From assembly GCA_038063915.1 (NCBI GenBank), contig JBBTUE010000004.1, forward strand, positions 38,719 to 102,718: DNA of 64,000 nucleotides. Reading direction: 5' to 3'. The notes beneath the pieces are model-generated. The model was not told the origin of the DNA, made no database searches, and was given only the letters and a program-made list of their open reading frames with translations. The position numbers and the translations under genes are program-made. Position 1 is the stretch's first letter; each line of letters starts with the position of its first letter. This document shows positions 38,938 through 51,424 of the stretch, piece by piece. The DNA comes from Patescibacteria group bacterium. Lineage in GTDB: Bacteria; Patescibacteriota; Minisyncoccia; Phycocordibacterales; UBA9973.

Positions 38938-39513
38938 ATGAGAACTAATTTATCAAAACAAAATGGGTTCACATTGGTTGAGATTATGGTTGCCACCTCT
39001 ATCTTCATGGTCATTATGATTGTTGCTCTTGGAGCGCTTATTACCTCATCAGACACTGCCAAGAAGGCTCAGGCCCTTCGTACTGCCATGGACAATGTAA
39101 GTTTTGCTATGGAGAGTATGACTCGTTCTTTACGTATGGGGACAAATTATACTTGTGGGAATACTGTTTCATTAGATGGATCCTCACCGACCGATTGCCC
39201 AAGTGGGGCTGGGGCGGTAGCATTTGTTCCTTATAGTGGATTAGGAGTACTTCCTCGAACAGTTGCCTATAAATTAAACCAGAGAGCAGATAATACATTT
39301 GCATTGCAACGTTGTAACCCAACTTGTCTTGATATGGTATCGTCTGATGTTAACGTAGATTATTTAAAGTTTTTCTTGAATGGTTCTTCGAGTACTCTAG
39401 ATACAATACAGCCGAGTATTAGTATCTTGATAAGAGGTACAGTTACTATAAAAGGTCAAGGTACGGTATTTGCTATTCAGACCAGTGTATCACAGCGTTC
39501 AGCTGAGTATTAA
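38938..39513 (+). CDS. minor pilin
   Basis: NG|FTLVEIMVA. Confidence 0.85.
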   Translation: MRTNLSKQNGFTLVEIMVATSIFMVIMIVALGALITSSDTAKKAQALRTAMDNVSFAMESMTRSLRMGTNYTCGNTVSLDGSSPTDCPSGAGAVAFVPYSGLGVLPRTVAYKLNQRADNTFALQRCNPTCLDMVSSDVNVDYLKFFLNGSSSTLDTIQPSISILIRGTVTIKGQGTVFAIQTSVSQRSAEY

Positions 39514-39514
39514 T

Positions 39515-40153
39515 ATGAGACTATACAACTTACAAAAAAATAAGGAATCTGTCCGAATTGCCAAGCAAGGCGGATTTACCCTCATAGAGACTATGATTGC
39601 CGTTTTTATATTAGCAGCAGCCATTACTACATTGATTGGTCTCATATCTACTAGTCTATTTTCTTCGCGATATGCAAAGAATGATATCATTGCAAACTAC
39701 CTCATTCAAGAAGCTATTGACTATGCAAGAAATGACCGCGATACTACTGCATATCAGCATAACCTAAGTGGGACCTGGGCTAGCTTTCTAGGACACTATG
39801 GGTACCCAAGCTCAATGTGTTTTGCTGGTAACGGTTGTAAATTCGAACCATCAGCACAAGGTAGTTCGACGATTGACGCAATTAGTGTTTGTTCGGGGAC
39901 TCTAACGTGGGGAAGCGTCGGTTGTGAAATTTTGAATTACGATCAAAATGCTGCGAATAAGGATTTCTATACTTATGCTACTCCGTCTGGCTATACTGTC
40001 AGTAACTTTAAAAGAAAAGTTGTTATGACTGTTACACCTATAAATGGTCAGGCAACAGACCAGTTAAATATATCAGTTACAGTAGAATGGTTAAATGGTA
40101 ATTTACCAAAGTCGAGGGTATTTCGTACTAGTCTTCTAAATTGGAAACAATAA
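39515..40153 (+). CDS. minor pilin (PilV-like)
   Basis: GG|FTLIETMIA; start placed at ATG 39515. Confidence 0.85.
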   Translation: MRLYNLQKNKESVRIAKQGGFTLIETMIAVFILAAAITTLIGLISTSLFSSRYAKNDIIANYLIQEAIDYARNDRDTTAYQHNLSGTWASFLGHYGYPSSMCFAGNGCKFEPSAQGSSTIDAISVCSGTLTWGSVGCEILNYDQNAANKDFYTYATPSGYTVSNFKRKVVMTVTPINGQATDQLNISVTVEWLNGNLPKSRVFRTSLLNWKQ

Positions 40154-40154
40154 T

Positions 40155-40625
40155 ATGGCGAAAAAAAATAAACAGATAAATAATAGAGGATATGCAATTT
40201 TATTTGCGGTTGTTATTGTTAGTGTTATATCGCTTATATCTGTCGGTCTATCAAATACAACTTACAAGCAGTTAGTGCTATCTTCGCTTGCCAACGACTC
40301 CCAATCATCTTATTTTCAATCAGATATGGCTACAGAGTGTGCGCTTTACGCCGAGAATATTGTAGGAATGGTAGCGCTACCCTCACCGTGGAACTGTGGG
40401 ATTAATTCTAGTGGGAGTAGCTATTCCCTGACTAAAACATTTGATAGTATTAAATATACCCTAGCTAGTTCAAGTGGCCCTACGATTCCGTGTTTTGAAT
40501 TTGATGTTCAAGATGTAACTGGTCCCCCAGTCAGTGCAATAATAAAAGCGAGAGGATATAATATTTGTAATAAAACAAGCTCTAAAGCAGTCGAACGCGA
40601 AATCCGTATAGATGTTAGATATTAG
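40155..40625 (+). CDS. PilX-like minor pilin
   Basis: RG|YAILFAVV without Glu5; ECALY. Confidence 0.75.
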   Translation: MAKKNKQINNRGYAILFAVVIVSVISLISVGLSNTTYKQLVLSSLANDSQSSYFQSDMATECALYAENIVGMVALPSPWNCGINSSGSSYSLTKTFDSIKYTLASSSGPTIPCFEFDVQDVTGPPVSAIIKARGYNICNKTSSKAVEREIRIDVRY

Positions 40626-42653
<2,028 letters not shown>

Positions 42654-42671
42654 ATATGTTATTCTCATTGT

Positions 42672-42950
42672 ATGAAACTAGATGATATTAAAAAGTTGGC
42701 CGAGATGGCGCGGATTGATATGAGTGATGAGGAACTAGTTGAAATCGCAAAGGATTTTGACTCTATTTTGGCGTACGTGGGACAAATCCAGGAAATTTCG
42801 GAATTATCTGATACCAAGAAAGATTATGCACTCGAGAATGTTATGCGGGAAGATGTGATTACTAATAAGTCTGGGGAATATACCGATAGTATTCTTGCTC
42901 AAATGCCAGATACTCAAGATGGATTCCTGAAAGTTAAACAAATACTATGA
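42672..42950 (+). CDS. gatC: amidotransferase subunit C
   Basis: IKKLAEMARI, NVMRED; upstream of gatA. Confidence 0.92.
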   Translation: MKLDDIKKLAEMARIDMSDEELVEIAKDFDSILAYVGQIQEISELSDTKKDYALENVMREDVITNKSGEYTDSILAQMPDTQDGFLKVKQIL

Positions 42951-44362
42951 TTGACTTGAAAACTCTTACAATAGAAAAGGCTCACGACGCACTCAAGAAG
43001 GGAGACTTTTCTGTGGCTGATTTAGTAAATGCTTACATAGATGTGATTAAAGAAAAAAATCCTGATATAAATGCATACCTTGAAATTTATAACGATGTTA
43101 TAGCTCAAGCCGAGAGAGCGCAAGAAATGTTTAAGACTGGAACAGCTACACTCATGACTGGCATACCGATTTCTCTTAAAGACAATATGCTCGTGGAAGG
43201 GCATATAGCCTCAGCCGGGTCTAAAATTTTAGAAAATTATAAAGCAACTTACGACGCAGGTGTGGTAGAGCAATTAAAATCAAAAGGTGCAGTTATTATC
43301 GGACGAGCAAATATGGACGAATTTGCCATGGGTTCGTCGACAGAGACAAGTGCCTATGGTAATACCAAGAATCCAGTGGATACTACTCGAGTACCCGGAG
43401 GCACTTCAGGTGGATCAGTAGCATCTGTTGCTATGAATGGGGCTCTAGTATCGCTGGGCAGTGATACAGGGGGATCTGTGAGGCAACCAGCATCATTTTG
43501 TGGGGTGGTCGGCATGAAGCCAACTTATGGCGGTATATCTCGTTTTGGTATCATATCTATGGCTAGTTCTCTTGACCAGGTTGGCCCTATAGGGAAAACT
43601 GTTCGAGACGTTGAGATTCTCTACGAAGCGATAAGTGGGTACGATAAAAATGATAGTACTTCAATCCCGACTGAAAAAAGAAAAAATCCGTCGTCACTCA
43701 AAAACAAAATTGGTATTCCGCGCTCATTTCTCTCTGGTGACGGTATAGACAAAGAAGTGCTCATAAATTTTGAAAAAAGTTGCGAGAGATTAAAGACTGC
43801 AGGATACGAGTTAGTAGATGTGTCACTTCCTCTTATTAAATACTCACTCGCTGTTTACTACATTATCATGCCGGCAGAAGTATCAAGTAATCTTGCTCGC
43901 TACGATGGAATGCGCTATGGACTATCTGTGTCTGCTGATAAACTCTATGATGTGTATACAAAGACAAGAGGTTCTGGATTTGGTAGAGAAGTTCGGAGAA
44001 GAATACTACTCGGTACTTATATTCTTTCCCATGGTTATTACGATGCTTACTACAACAAAGCAGTGAAGGTTCGCGATGCAATTTGCGCTGAGCTTGCAAA
44101 TATTTTCCAAGAAGTTGATGCTATCATTACTCCGACTGTACCATTCCCACCATTTAAATTTGGCGAAAAATCGAAAGACCCCATATCTATGTATATGTCT
44201 GACTTATTTACAGTACCAGCCAATATTGCAGGTTTACCGGCAATATCTATCCCATCAGGTAATACAGAAAGTGGATTACCTCTCGGGCTACATATAATGG
44301 CACCAAAACTTCGCGAAGATATACTCTGGAGCATTGGTACGTCCTTTGAGAATAAAGCGTAA
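42947..44362 (+). CDS. gatA: amidotransferase subunit A
   Basis: NMDEFAMGSS, PGGTSGGS, GSDTGGSVRQPA, SSNLARYDG. Confidence 0.97.
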   Translation: MIDLKTLTIEKAHDALKKGDFSVADLVNAYIDVIKEKNPDINAYLEIYNDVIAQAERAQEMFKTGTATLMTGIPISLKDNMLVEGHIASAGSKILENYKATYDAGVVEQLKSKGAVIIGRANMDEFAMGSSTETSAYGNTKNPVDTTRVPGGTSGGSVASVAMNGALVSLGSDTGGSVRQPASFCGVVGMKPTYGGISRFGIISMASSLDQVGPIGKTVRDVEILYEAISGYDKNDSTSIPTEKRKNPSSLKNKIGIPRSFLSGDGIDKEVLINFEKSCERLKTAGYELVDVSLPLIKYSLAVYYIIMPAEVSSNLARYDGMRYGLSVSADKLYDVYTKTRGSGFGREVRRRILLGTYILSHGYYDAYYNKAVKVRDAICAELANIFQEVDAIITPTVPFPPFKFGEKSKDPISMYMSDLFTVPANIAGLPAISIPSGNTESGLPLGLHIMAPKLREDILWSIGTSFENKA

Positions 44363-44380
44363 AGCTAGTATAATAAGTCA

Positions 44381-45055
44381 ATGGCTGATGTAAAATCTAA
44401 ATCGAGTGACGGTGGGATTATGGGAGGGGACGTCGGTCTCTGGATCGTTGTTGGGATTGTCGTGGTCGCTATTACAATTTTTGGTATAACAGAGCCACTT
44501 TTTTCTCCAGATTCTGCTTTTAATAATATCGCAGATTTTCTTAAACCAATCCTAGTCTTTCTCACCAGCTCCCGTACTTGGATTGTTATTGGTATTATAT
44601 CCTCGTCATTTTCTATACTTTGTATTGCCGTGATTATATTTTCTCTAGTTAGAATGAGAGAAATTCAAATCCACGAAAAAAAGGAACTTGACCATGAGAT
44701 ACAAGAAGCACTTCTTCGAGACAAAGAAACATCACGCAATGAAAATCCTAGATGGCATTATATCCTTACTCTTATGGAGAGCTCAAATGAATCTGATTGG
44801 CGTGTCGCTATAATTGAAGCAGATACGATGCTCGATGAGGCACTCGCAAGAGAAGGTATAGTAGGGGAGACTCTCAGTGAGAAACTCGAACAGGCTCGCA
44901 CTAATGGTTATGCTTATATTCAAAATGCTTGGGATGCGCATCTAGTCAGGAATCAGATTGCACATGCTGGCTCGGAATTCTCATTATCACAAGTTGAAGG
45001 TCGTAGGGTGGTACGACTTTTCCAAACCTTTTTTGAAGAAATAGGGGTTATATAG
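44381..45055 (+). CDS. hypothetical membrane protein
   Basis: 2 TM, WRVAIIEAD, AW.AH..RN.IAH. Confidence 0.7.
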   Translation: MADVKSKSSDGGIMGGDVGLWIVVGIVVVAITIFGITEPLFSPDSAFNNIADFLKPILVFLTSSRTWIVIGIISSSFSILCIAVIIFSLVRMREIQIHEKKELDHEIQEALLRDKETSRNENPRWHYILTLMESSNESDWRVAIIEADTMLDEALAREGIVGETLSEKLEQARTNGYAYIQNAWDAHLVRNQIAHAGSEFSLSQVEGRRVVRLFQTFFEEIGVI

Positions 45056-45084
45056 AAAAAGAGTCCATATGGACTCTTTTTCTA
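45053..45084. terminator. bidirectional terminator
   Basis: TAGAAAAAGAGTCC-ATAT-GGACTCTTTTTCTA. Confidence 0.75.
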
Positions 45085-45087
45085 TTG

Positions 45088-45161
45088 CGCAGTCGACGGG
45101 ACTCGAACCCGCAACCTCCCACGTGACAGGCGGGTGCTCTAACCAGTTGAGCTACGACTGC
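45088..45161 (-). tRNA. tRNA-Asp(GUC)
   Basis: CCCGC-CT GTC AC-GTGGG; full cloverleaf. Confidence 0.95.
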
Positions 45162-45188
45162 AAATATTTTTTCAGGTTTCCCTGAATG

Positions 45189-45261
45189 TGTCGACGACAG
45201 GGATCGAACCTGTGACCTGAGGCTTATGAGTCCTCCGCTCTACCAACTGAGCTACGCCGAC
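45189..45261 (-). tRNA. tRNA-Met(CAU), probably elongator
   Basis: GAGGA-CT CAT AA-GCCTC; paired 1-72. Confidence 0.88.
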
Positions 45262-45302
45262 ATTATCGGCAAGACATTGATGGCATGTCACCTGCCGACT
45301 TG

Positions 45303-45373
45303 TTGCGGGGGATCGAATCGAACGACCGTCTTAAGGTTATGAGCCTTACGAGATACCATTTCTCTACCCCGCT
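45303..45373 (-). tRNA. tRNA-fMet(CAU), initiator-type
   Basis: AGCGGGG/CCCCGCA with 1x72 mismatch; TAAGG-CT CAT AA-CCTTA. Confidence 0.85.
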
Positions 45374-45488
45374 ATATAAAAATGCTCTAGAAGAGCCGTA
45401 TTGCATATTGTACTTAAAATTAAGAATTTTGCAATCATTACTTTTCGTTTGAAAAAGAGTTGTAATTATAGTAACATCAACCCATGTC

Positions 45489-45561
45489 GCCGTTATAGCT
45501 CAGGCAGTAGAGCACGTTCTTGGTAAGAACGAGGTCATCAGTGCAAGTCTGATTAACGGCT
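45489..45561 (+). tRNA. tRNA-Thr(GGU)
   Basis: CGTTC-TT GGT AA-GAACG; GCCGTTA/TAACGGC. Confidence 0.9.
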
Positions 45562-45568
45562 CAAGTTT

Positions 45569-45639
45569 GCCGATATAGTTCAGTGGTAGAACACTACTTT
45601 CGTAAAGTAGGAACGTGGGTCCGATTCCCACTTTCGGCT
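45569..45639 (+). tRNA. tRNA-Thr(CGU)
   Basis: CTACT-TT CGT AA-AGTAG. Confidence 0.9.
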
Positions 45640-45664
45640 CTGAAAATTTTGGTATAATAAACAA

Positions 45665-46552
45665 ATGTCTAAAGATACTGAAACGATAAAAAAAGAAATT
45701 GAAGCGTTAGAAGGCGACATGGCAAGTGCCGATTTCTGGGACGATAAAGATAAGGCAAAAAGTACTATCAAGAAAATCGGAGAATTAAAAGATGAGCTTT
45801 TAGGTAGTGAGAAGTATGATAAGGGCAACGCGATACTCTCTGTTCTCTCTGGGGCAGGAGGGGATGACGCAGAAGATTTCTCCGCTATTCTTCTTCGTAT
45901 GTATATGAAGTATGTAGAGAAGCGTGGCTGGCAAATAAGCCTAATACACGAGAACAAGAATGATGTCGGTGGCTATAGAAATGTATCCATAGAAGTTATA
46001 GGGAAAGGTGCTTATGGTGCTCTTAAAAATGAATCCGGAGTGCATCGTTTGGTACGTATATCACCTTTTAATGCTAAATCTTTGCGTCACACATCATTTT
46101 CTCTTGTCGAAGTAATTCCAAAAATAGAGAAGAATAATAATGCGATAGAAATACCACCCGATGAATTGAAAATTGAGTTTTCGAAATCTGGTGGTCCAGG
46201 TGGTCAGAATGTAAACAAGCGTGAGACTGCAGTGCGAATAGTTCACATACCTACAAACATTGCAGTTCATGTCACGACCGAGCGTTCTCAAGAGCAAAAT
46301 CGTGAAAGGGCACTGGAAATACTCAAAGGAAAACTATTTAAGAAGCGCGCCGAAGATGAAGCACGGATTGCGCAAGGGTTAGCTGTATCAAAAACTACAG
46401 ATATAGAATGGGGGAATCAAATTCGTAACTATGTCCTACACCCTTACAAATTGGTGAAAGATTTACGCACAGGTGTCGAGACTTCGAATGTTGACTCAGT
46501 ATTAGAGAGTGGTGAACTCGAGGCATTCATTGAAGCCGAGGCTCATATATGA
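45665..46552 (+). CDS. prfB: peptide chain release factor 2 (short form)
   Basis: GVHRLVRISPF (SPF), SGGPGGQNVN, ERSQ.QN, WGNQIRNYV. Confidence 0.93.
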   Translation: MSKDTETIKKEIEALEGDMASADFWDDKDKAKSTIKKIGELKDELLGSEKYDKGNAILSVLSGAGGDDAEDFSAILLRMYMKYVEKRGWQISLIHENKNDVGGYRNVSIEVIGKGAYGALKNESGVHRLVRISPFNAKSLRHTSFSLVEVIPKIEKNNNAIEIPPDELKIEFSKSGGPGGQNVNKRETAVRIVHIPTNIAVHVTTERSQEQNRERALEILKGKLFKKRAEDEARIAQGLAVSKTTDIEWGNQIRNYVLHPYKLVKDLRTGVETSNVDSVLESGELEAFIEAEAHI

Positions 46553-46568
46553 TATCCTTAATTGGTAA

Positions 46569-47246
46569 ATGATTTACTTTAATAATGTTACAAAAAAATA
46601 CACAGATAACATGTCGCTTGATAATGTTACAATATCGATATCATCTGGCGAGTTTGTCTCTGTTGTTGGTCACTCTGGTGCTGGTAAGACTACACTAACC
46701 AAGCTTATTCTGGCCGAAGAATCACCGACTGAAGGAACGATTTTTTTTGAATCAACTGATATTCATAAACTATCTAATAAAGATTTAACTAACTTTCGAC
46801 GCAAGGTTGGGGTAGTTTTCCAGGATTTTCGACTGCTTCCTAATAAGACGGCCTACGAAAATATAGCCTTTGCAATGGAAGCAACTGGTAAAGATGACGA
46901 AGAAATAGCTCAAGATGTGCCTCATGTGCTTGAATTGGTGGATTTGGCAAATAGGGCGACTCATTTCCCTCACCAGCTCTCAGGGGGGGAAAAGCAACGC
47001 TTAGCAATAGCTCGGGCTATTATCACTCAACCAGAGCTCATTATTGCCGACGAACCAACAGGTAACCTAGATCCCGTAAATACTAATGAAGTCATAAACA
47101 TCCTAAAGAAAATCAATGATTTAGGTACCACTGTCATACTTACTACTCACAACAGAAATGTCATAGATCAGGTTAAAAAAAGAGTTATAACGCTCGAAAA
47201 TGGACGTGTCATAAGAGATGATAAAGACGGTAAGTATATGATATAA
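46569..47246 (+). CDS. ftsE: cell division ATP-binding protein FtsE
   Basis: GHSGAGKTT, VVFQDFRLL, LSGGEKQR, ADEPTGNLD. Confidence 0.93.
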   Translation: MIYFNNVTKKYTDNMSLDNVTISISSGEFVSVVGHSGAGKTTLTKLILAEESPTEGTIFFESTDIHKLSNKDLTNFRRKVGVVFQDFRLLPNKTAYENIAFAMEATGKDDEEIAQDVPHVLELVDLANRATHFPHQLSGGEKQRLAIARAIITQPELIIADEPTGNLDPVNTNEVINILKKINDLGTTVILTTHNRNVIDQVKKRVITLENGRVIRDDKDGKYMI

Positions 47247-47253
47247 TGCCCAT

Positions 47254-48177
47254 ATGTTTTTGACTCATGCTAAAAGGATTGTGCGTTCCGGATATCGCAA
47301 TTTTATGCGTAGCGGATTCACATCGCTTGCCTCAATACTGATGATGGTTATAACGCTTTTCGTTATAACTAGTCTTATTTATATACAAACTGCTCTGCAA
47401 ACGTCTCTAAATGATATAAAAGAAAAAGTAGATGTTACTATATATTTTGTTCCTGGAGCAGATGAGCCGTCAATTTTAAATTTAAAGACATCACTGTCTA
47501 AACTTCCCGAAGTTAAAGACGTCGTCTATATATCTGACGAGGAAGCATTGATAGGATTTAAAGAAAAACACGCCAATGATTATCTCACTCTCCAAGCCTT
47601 AGATGAGCTAAGTAGTAATCCTCTAGGGGCTACACTCAATGTCCGGGCCCACGACCCGTCGCAATATGAGAGTATTACGAAATATTTTGAGAATGATAAC
47701 GCACTATCAAAAGGTACACTAAATATTATAGATAAAATTGATTACCACCAGAACAAGGTCGTCATAGATAGATTGACGTCTATTATCGCTGGAGCACAAA
47801 GATTAGGTTTTGCGATATCTCTTATTCTTATTCTTATATCCATCATCATTACTTTTTCTACTATCAGGCTCATTATATACATGTCTCGTGAAGAGATAGG
47901 TGTCATGAAGCTAGTTGGTGCTGGGTCAAGGTATATACGTGGGCCATTTATAGTCTCTGGTATGTTTGTGGGGCTCACAGCGAGCTTGGTCACTATTTTA
48001 CTATTCATACCGATATCCATATGGCTGGGTAATCAAGCCACTGATTTTCTGGGCATAAATTTATTTACATACTTTAAATCAAACTTCTTGCAGCTATTTA
48101 TTATCATGCTAGGAACAGGGGTACTTCTCGGAAGTATTTCAAGTTTCTTTGCTATTGCTCGCTATCTAAGAAAATAA
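47254..48177 (+). CDS. ftsX: cell division permease FtsX
   Basis: TIRL.I..REEI.VMKLVGA...YIRGPF; follows ftsE. Confidence 0.92.
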   Translation: MFLTHAKRIVRSGYRNFMRSGFTSLASILMMVITLFVITSLIYIQTALQTSLNDIKEKVDVTIYFVPGADEPSILNLKTSLSKLPEVKDVVYISDEEALIGFKEKHANDYLTLQALDELSSNPLGATLNVRAHDPSQYESITKYFENDNALSKGTLNIIDKIDYHQNKVVIDRLTSIIAGAQRLGFAISLILILISIIITFSTIRLIIYMSREEIGVMKLVGAGSRYIRGPFIVSGMFVGLTASLVTILLFIPISIWLGNQATDFLGINLFTYFKSNFLQLFIIMLGTGVLLGSISSFFAIARYLRK

Positions 48178-48180
48178 TAT

Positions 48181-49872
48181 ATGAAGAAGAAGCGGAATTC
48201 ACCTAAAAGAAAGATCTCCAAGAAAAAATTAGAAACATGTAAATATATTTTCGTCGTCGGTGGGGTTATGTCTGGAGTAGGCAAGGGAATTGCTACAGCT
48301 TCTATCGGCAAAGTACTTTCGGCTAGAGGTCTGAAAGTTAATCTGATGAAGATAGACCCATATCTCAATGTTGACGCTGGTACTATGAATCCGACAGAGC
48401 ACGGAGAAGTCTTTGTACTTGATTCTGGCCTTGAAACTGATCAAGATATGGGTAATTATGAGCGATTTTTAGGGCGGGATCTTGGTGTGGGTGACTATAT
48501 GACTAGTGGTATGGTATATCGTTCTGTCATTGAACGTGAACGTAATTTGGGCTATGGTGGTAAATTTGTTGAAGCTATACCACATGTCAGGGATGAGATT
48601 ATCGATAGGATAATGAAAGCAGCAGACGCATCAAATTCTGATGTTTCAGTTGTAGAGATTGGTGGTACAATAGGTGACTTCCAGAATGCACTCTATATAG
48701 AAGCAGCACGCGTACTCAAAATGAGAAATCCAGGAAGTGTGCTATTTGTCATGGTCTCGTATTTACCGGTCCCTTCTACTATCGGGGAAATGAAGACAAG
48801 ACCAACTCAACATGCGATACGTGAACTCAATTCGTACGGTGTTCAAGCTGATATAGTCATTGCTCGTTCGACTCACCCCCTCGATAAAAAACGTAAAGAA
48901 AAGTTAGCCATATGGTGTAATGTCATCGCGGATCATATAATATCGGCGCCTGATGTTAAATCTATTTACGATGTACCACTTAATTTTGAACGCGATAAAC
49001 TTTCTGAAATAATTATTAAAGATCTTAGTATCAAAACCAAACAAAAACCTGATCTTAGAGAATGGAAAGAGTTTGCAAAACATGCTCACAATGGCAAGGG
49101 AACTATCAAGATAGGTATTGTAGGGAAATACTTTGATACTGGTGATTTTATCCTATCTGATGCCTATCTATCTGTTATCGAGGCAATTAAATTCTCTGCA
49201 TATCATTTGGGTTTCAAGCCAGAGATTTCTTGGCTCAATGCCAAAGATTATGAAGAGACTCCAAGAAAAATATCTGAACTTGCAAAGTATGATGGGATTA
49301 TTGTTCCAGGTGGATTTGGTGAATCTGGTATCGAAGGTAAAATAATGACAGCAAACTTTGCTCGCAAGAATAAGATTCCATATTTTGGACTCTGCTATGG
49401 CATGCAGATTATGGTGATAGAGTATGCTAGAGATGTGCTAGGGCTAAAAGATGCCAACACGACTGAGATAAATTCTAAAACATTAAATCCTATTATTGAT
49501 ATTTTGCCAGATCAAAAAGAAAAACTTGCTCGGAGAGATTATGGCGGGTCAATGAGGCTTGGCGCGTATGACTGCAAGCTTAAAAAAGGTACTATTGCGG
49601 AGAAGGCATATAATAAAAATCTAATTTCTGAACGGCATCGCCATCGCTATGAAGTCAATAATGACTATAGAGAAAAACTTGAAAAAGCAGGTCTCGTTTT
49701 TTCGGGTGTTTCTCCAGATGGAAAACTTGCTGAAATTGCTGAATTATCTCCATCCAAGCACCCCTTTTATCTTGGAACGCAGTTTCATCCTGAATTAAAA
49801 GCCCGACCACTCTCTCCGCATCCACTTTTCTCAGCTTTTATGAAAGCTTGTATAAAAAGAAAGAAAAAATAA
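48181..49872 (+). CDS. pyrG: CTP synthase
   Basis: GGVMSGVGKG, DPYLNVDAGTM, GLCYGMQ, QFHPE. Confidence 0.98.
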   Translation: MKKKRNSPKRKISKKKLETCKYIFVVGGVMSGVGKGIATASIGKVLSARGLKVNLMKIDPYLNVDAGTMNPTEHGEVFVLDSGLETDQDMGNYERFLGRDLGVGDYMTSGMVYRSVIERERNLGYGGKFVEAIPHVRDEIIDRIMKAADASNSDVSVVEIGGTIGDFQNALYIEAARVLKMRNPGSVLFVMVSYLPVPSTIGEMKTRPTQHAIRELNSYGVQADIVIARSTHPLDKKRKEKLAIWCNVIADHIISAPDVKSIYDVPLNFERDKLSEIIIKDLSIKTKQKPDLREWKEFAKHAHNGKGTIKIGIVGKYFDTGDFILSDAYLSVIEAIKFSAYHLGFKPEISWLNAKDYEETPRKISELAKYDGIIVPGGFGESGIEGKIMTANFARKNKIPYFGLCYGMQIMVIEYARDVLGLKDANTTEINSKTLNPIIDILPDQKEKLARRDYGGSMRLGAYDCKLKKGTIAEKAYNKNLISERHRHRYEVNNDYREKLEKAGLVFSGVSPDGKLAEIAELSPSKHPFYLGTQFHPELKARPLSPHPLFSAFMKACIKRKKK

Positions 49873-49899
49873 TCCCGACTTTAATCGGGATTATTTTTT
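49864..49899. terminator. bidirectional terminator
   Basis: AAAAAATAATCCCGA-CTTTAA-TCGGGATTATTTTTT. Confidence 0.75.
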
Positions 49900-49900
49900 C

Positions 49901-50635
49901 TTATTTTAAAGCATCTTCTCCGTCGCGGAGTCTACTTTCTGCTATTATTTTTAATATTTCGTCTTCGTCATCAGTGATAATGTAGAGATTTGTGTCTTCT
50001 AAATTTATCAACCCATATTTTTCTGCTAGGACTTCTTTTATGATCTTATCAAATGGTTCCCAAAACTCAGAACCAAACAATATCACAGGTATTCTACCAA
50101 TTTTCCCAGTTTGCTGGAGGGTCAACATTTCAAAAAGTTCATTCAATGTTCCAAAGCCACCAGCACAAAATACGCATACCTCTGTCATGTATGACATTGA
50201 CACTTGCCTGGCAAAGAAGAAGTAGAATGGTATCTCATTCGTAACGTATTTATTTGTCATTTGTTCACGAGGTAGCCTGATGGTAAGGCCTACTGATTTA
50301 CCACCTGCATCATTTGCTCCACGACTTACTGCCTCCATAATACCTGCACCACCGCCAGAGAGGATGATGTATCCTAGCTCTTTTGATATACGATAGGCTA
50401 GGTCTCTTGCTTTCTGATATGATGGGTGAGTTTCCTCGAGCCTTGCTGAACCGTAAAATGTCACCGAAGGGGTGAATTCACTAATCATGTCGATTCCTTG
50501 GCGGAATTCCTCCTGTATCATACAGAGCTTCGTCTCTTCGTCATTATCCCCGTATAGAGTAATACAACCTTCCTTTATATCATCAACTGTTAATTTCTTT
50601 GGTCTGTAAACTGTTTTCTTTTCATTTTCATTCAT
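49901..50635 (-). CDS. LOG family (TIGR00730-like) Rossmann protein
   Basis: VTFYGSAR, SGGGAGIMEA, GGFGTLNELFE. Confidence 0.9.
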   Translation of the reverse strand: MNENEKKTVYRPKKLTVDDIKEGCITLYGDNDEETKLCMIQEEFRQGIDMISEFTPSVTFYGSARLEETHPSYQKARDLAYRISKELGYIILSGGGAGIMEAVSRGANDAGGKSVGLTIRLPREQMTNKYVTNEIPFYFFFARQVSMSYMTEVCVFCAGGFGTLNELFEMLTLQQTGKIGRIPVILFGSEFWEPFDKIIKEVLAEKYGLINLEDTNLYIITDDEDEILKIIAESRLRDGEDALK

Positions 50636-50739
50636 AGGCCCTATTTTACCTTAAAATTTTATCCAATACAATTAGCATTGACAAAAAACACTATAATCAT
50701 TATTATGGGAGAAAATACTCTAAAAATAAACCTATCGTT

Positions 50740-51360
50740 ATGAATAATAATTCAATCACTCCTTCGGAGAAGGAAAATGAAGCCAAAAATTTATTGACCT
50801 CGGAAGAATTTGAAAAGCTGAAAAAATACTTCGGTATTAGCAAGGAGAATTTTTCTAAACAAACTAACCAATATTTCATTGATAAGGGGAACAAGATATT
50901 AACTACCTTGCCTGCTGGTACAACACTCCGGGTACGAGAAAAAAGTGGCAAAAAAGAACTCCAATTCAAATTGCCAACCGACGATGGTACTGATGAGTAC
51001 CATTACGATATGAACAATGAAGAGGTTTACAATAAATTAGTTATATCTGGATTTCTACCGGATGGTAAGGTCTCGGAGAAGTTGCTAAGTTTAGGAATAG
51101 AAGGCCCGTATCTTTACAAAGGGCAAGTTCATACCCATAGAGCTGAGACAAAAGCCACGAGTTTAAACACATGGGAAGGTGTCACGATATGTCTGGATGA
51201 GAGCTATTATCCTAATGGGTCCAAGGATTTTGAAATCGAGATCGAATCAGGAAGTATGAAAATGAGTAACACTGTTCTTCGGGACATCTTAAACATGTTC
51301 AACATTCCAAGAAGAGTAGCTAAGAATAAGGTTACCCGCTTCCTCGAATCAATAAGTTAA
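50740..51360 (+). CDS. CYTH-domain protein
   Basis: ENEAK, QTNQYF, LRVR, LDES.Y, FEIEIE, NKV.RF. Confidence 0.82.
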   Translation: MNNNSITPSEKENEAKNLLTSEEFEKLKKYFGISKENFSKQTNQYFIDKGNKILTTLPAGTTLRVREKSGKKELQFKLPTDDGTDEYHYDMNNEEVYNKLVISGFLPDGKVSEKLLSLGIEGPYLYKGQVHTHRAETKATSLNTWEGVTICLDESYYPNGSKDFEIEIESGSMKMSNTVLRDILNMFNIPRRVAKNKVTRFLESIS

Positions 51361-51424
51361 CGAGGGAAAAAAGAGAATAAATAAATTGCCTCATTGATAT
51401 GGGGCTTTTTATATGTTCGGACTA

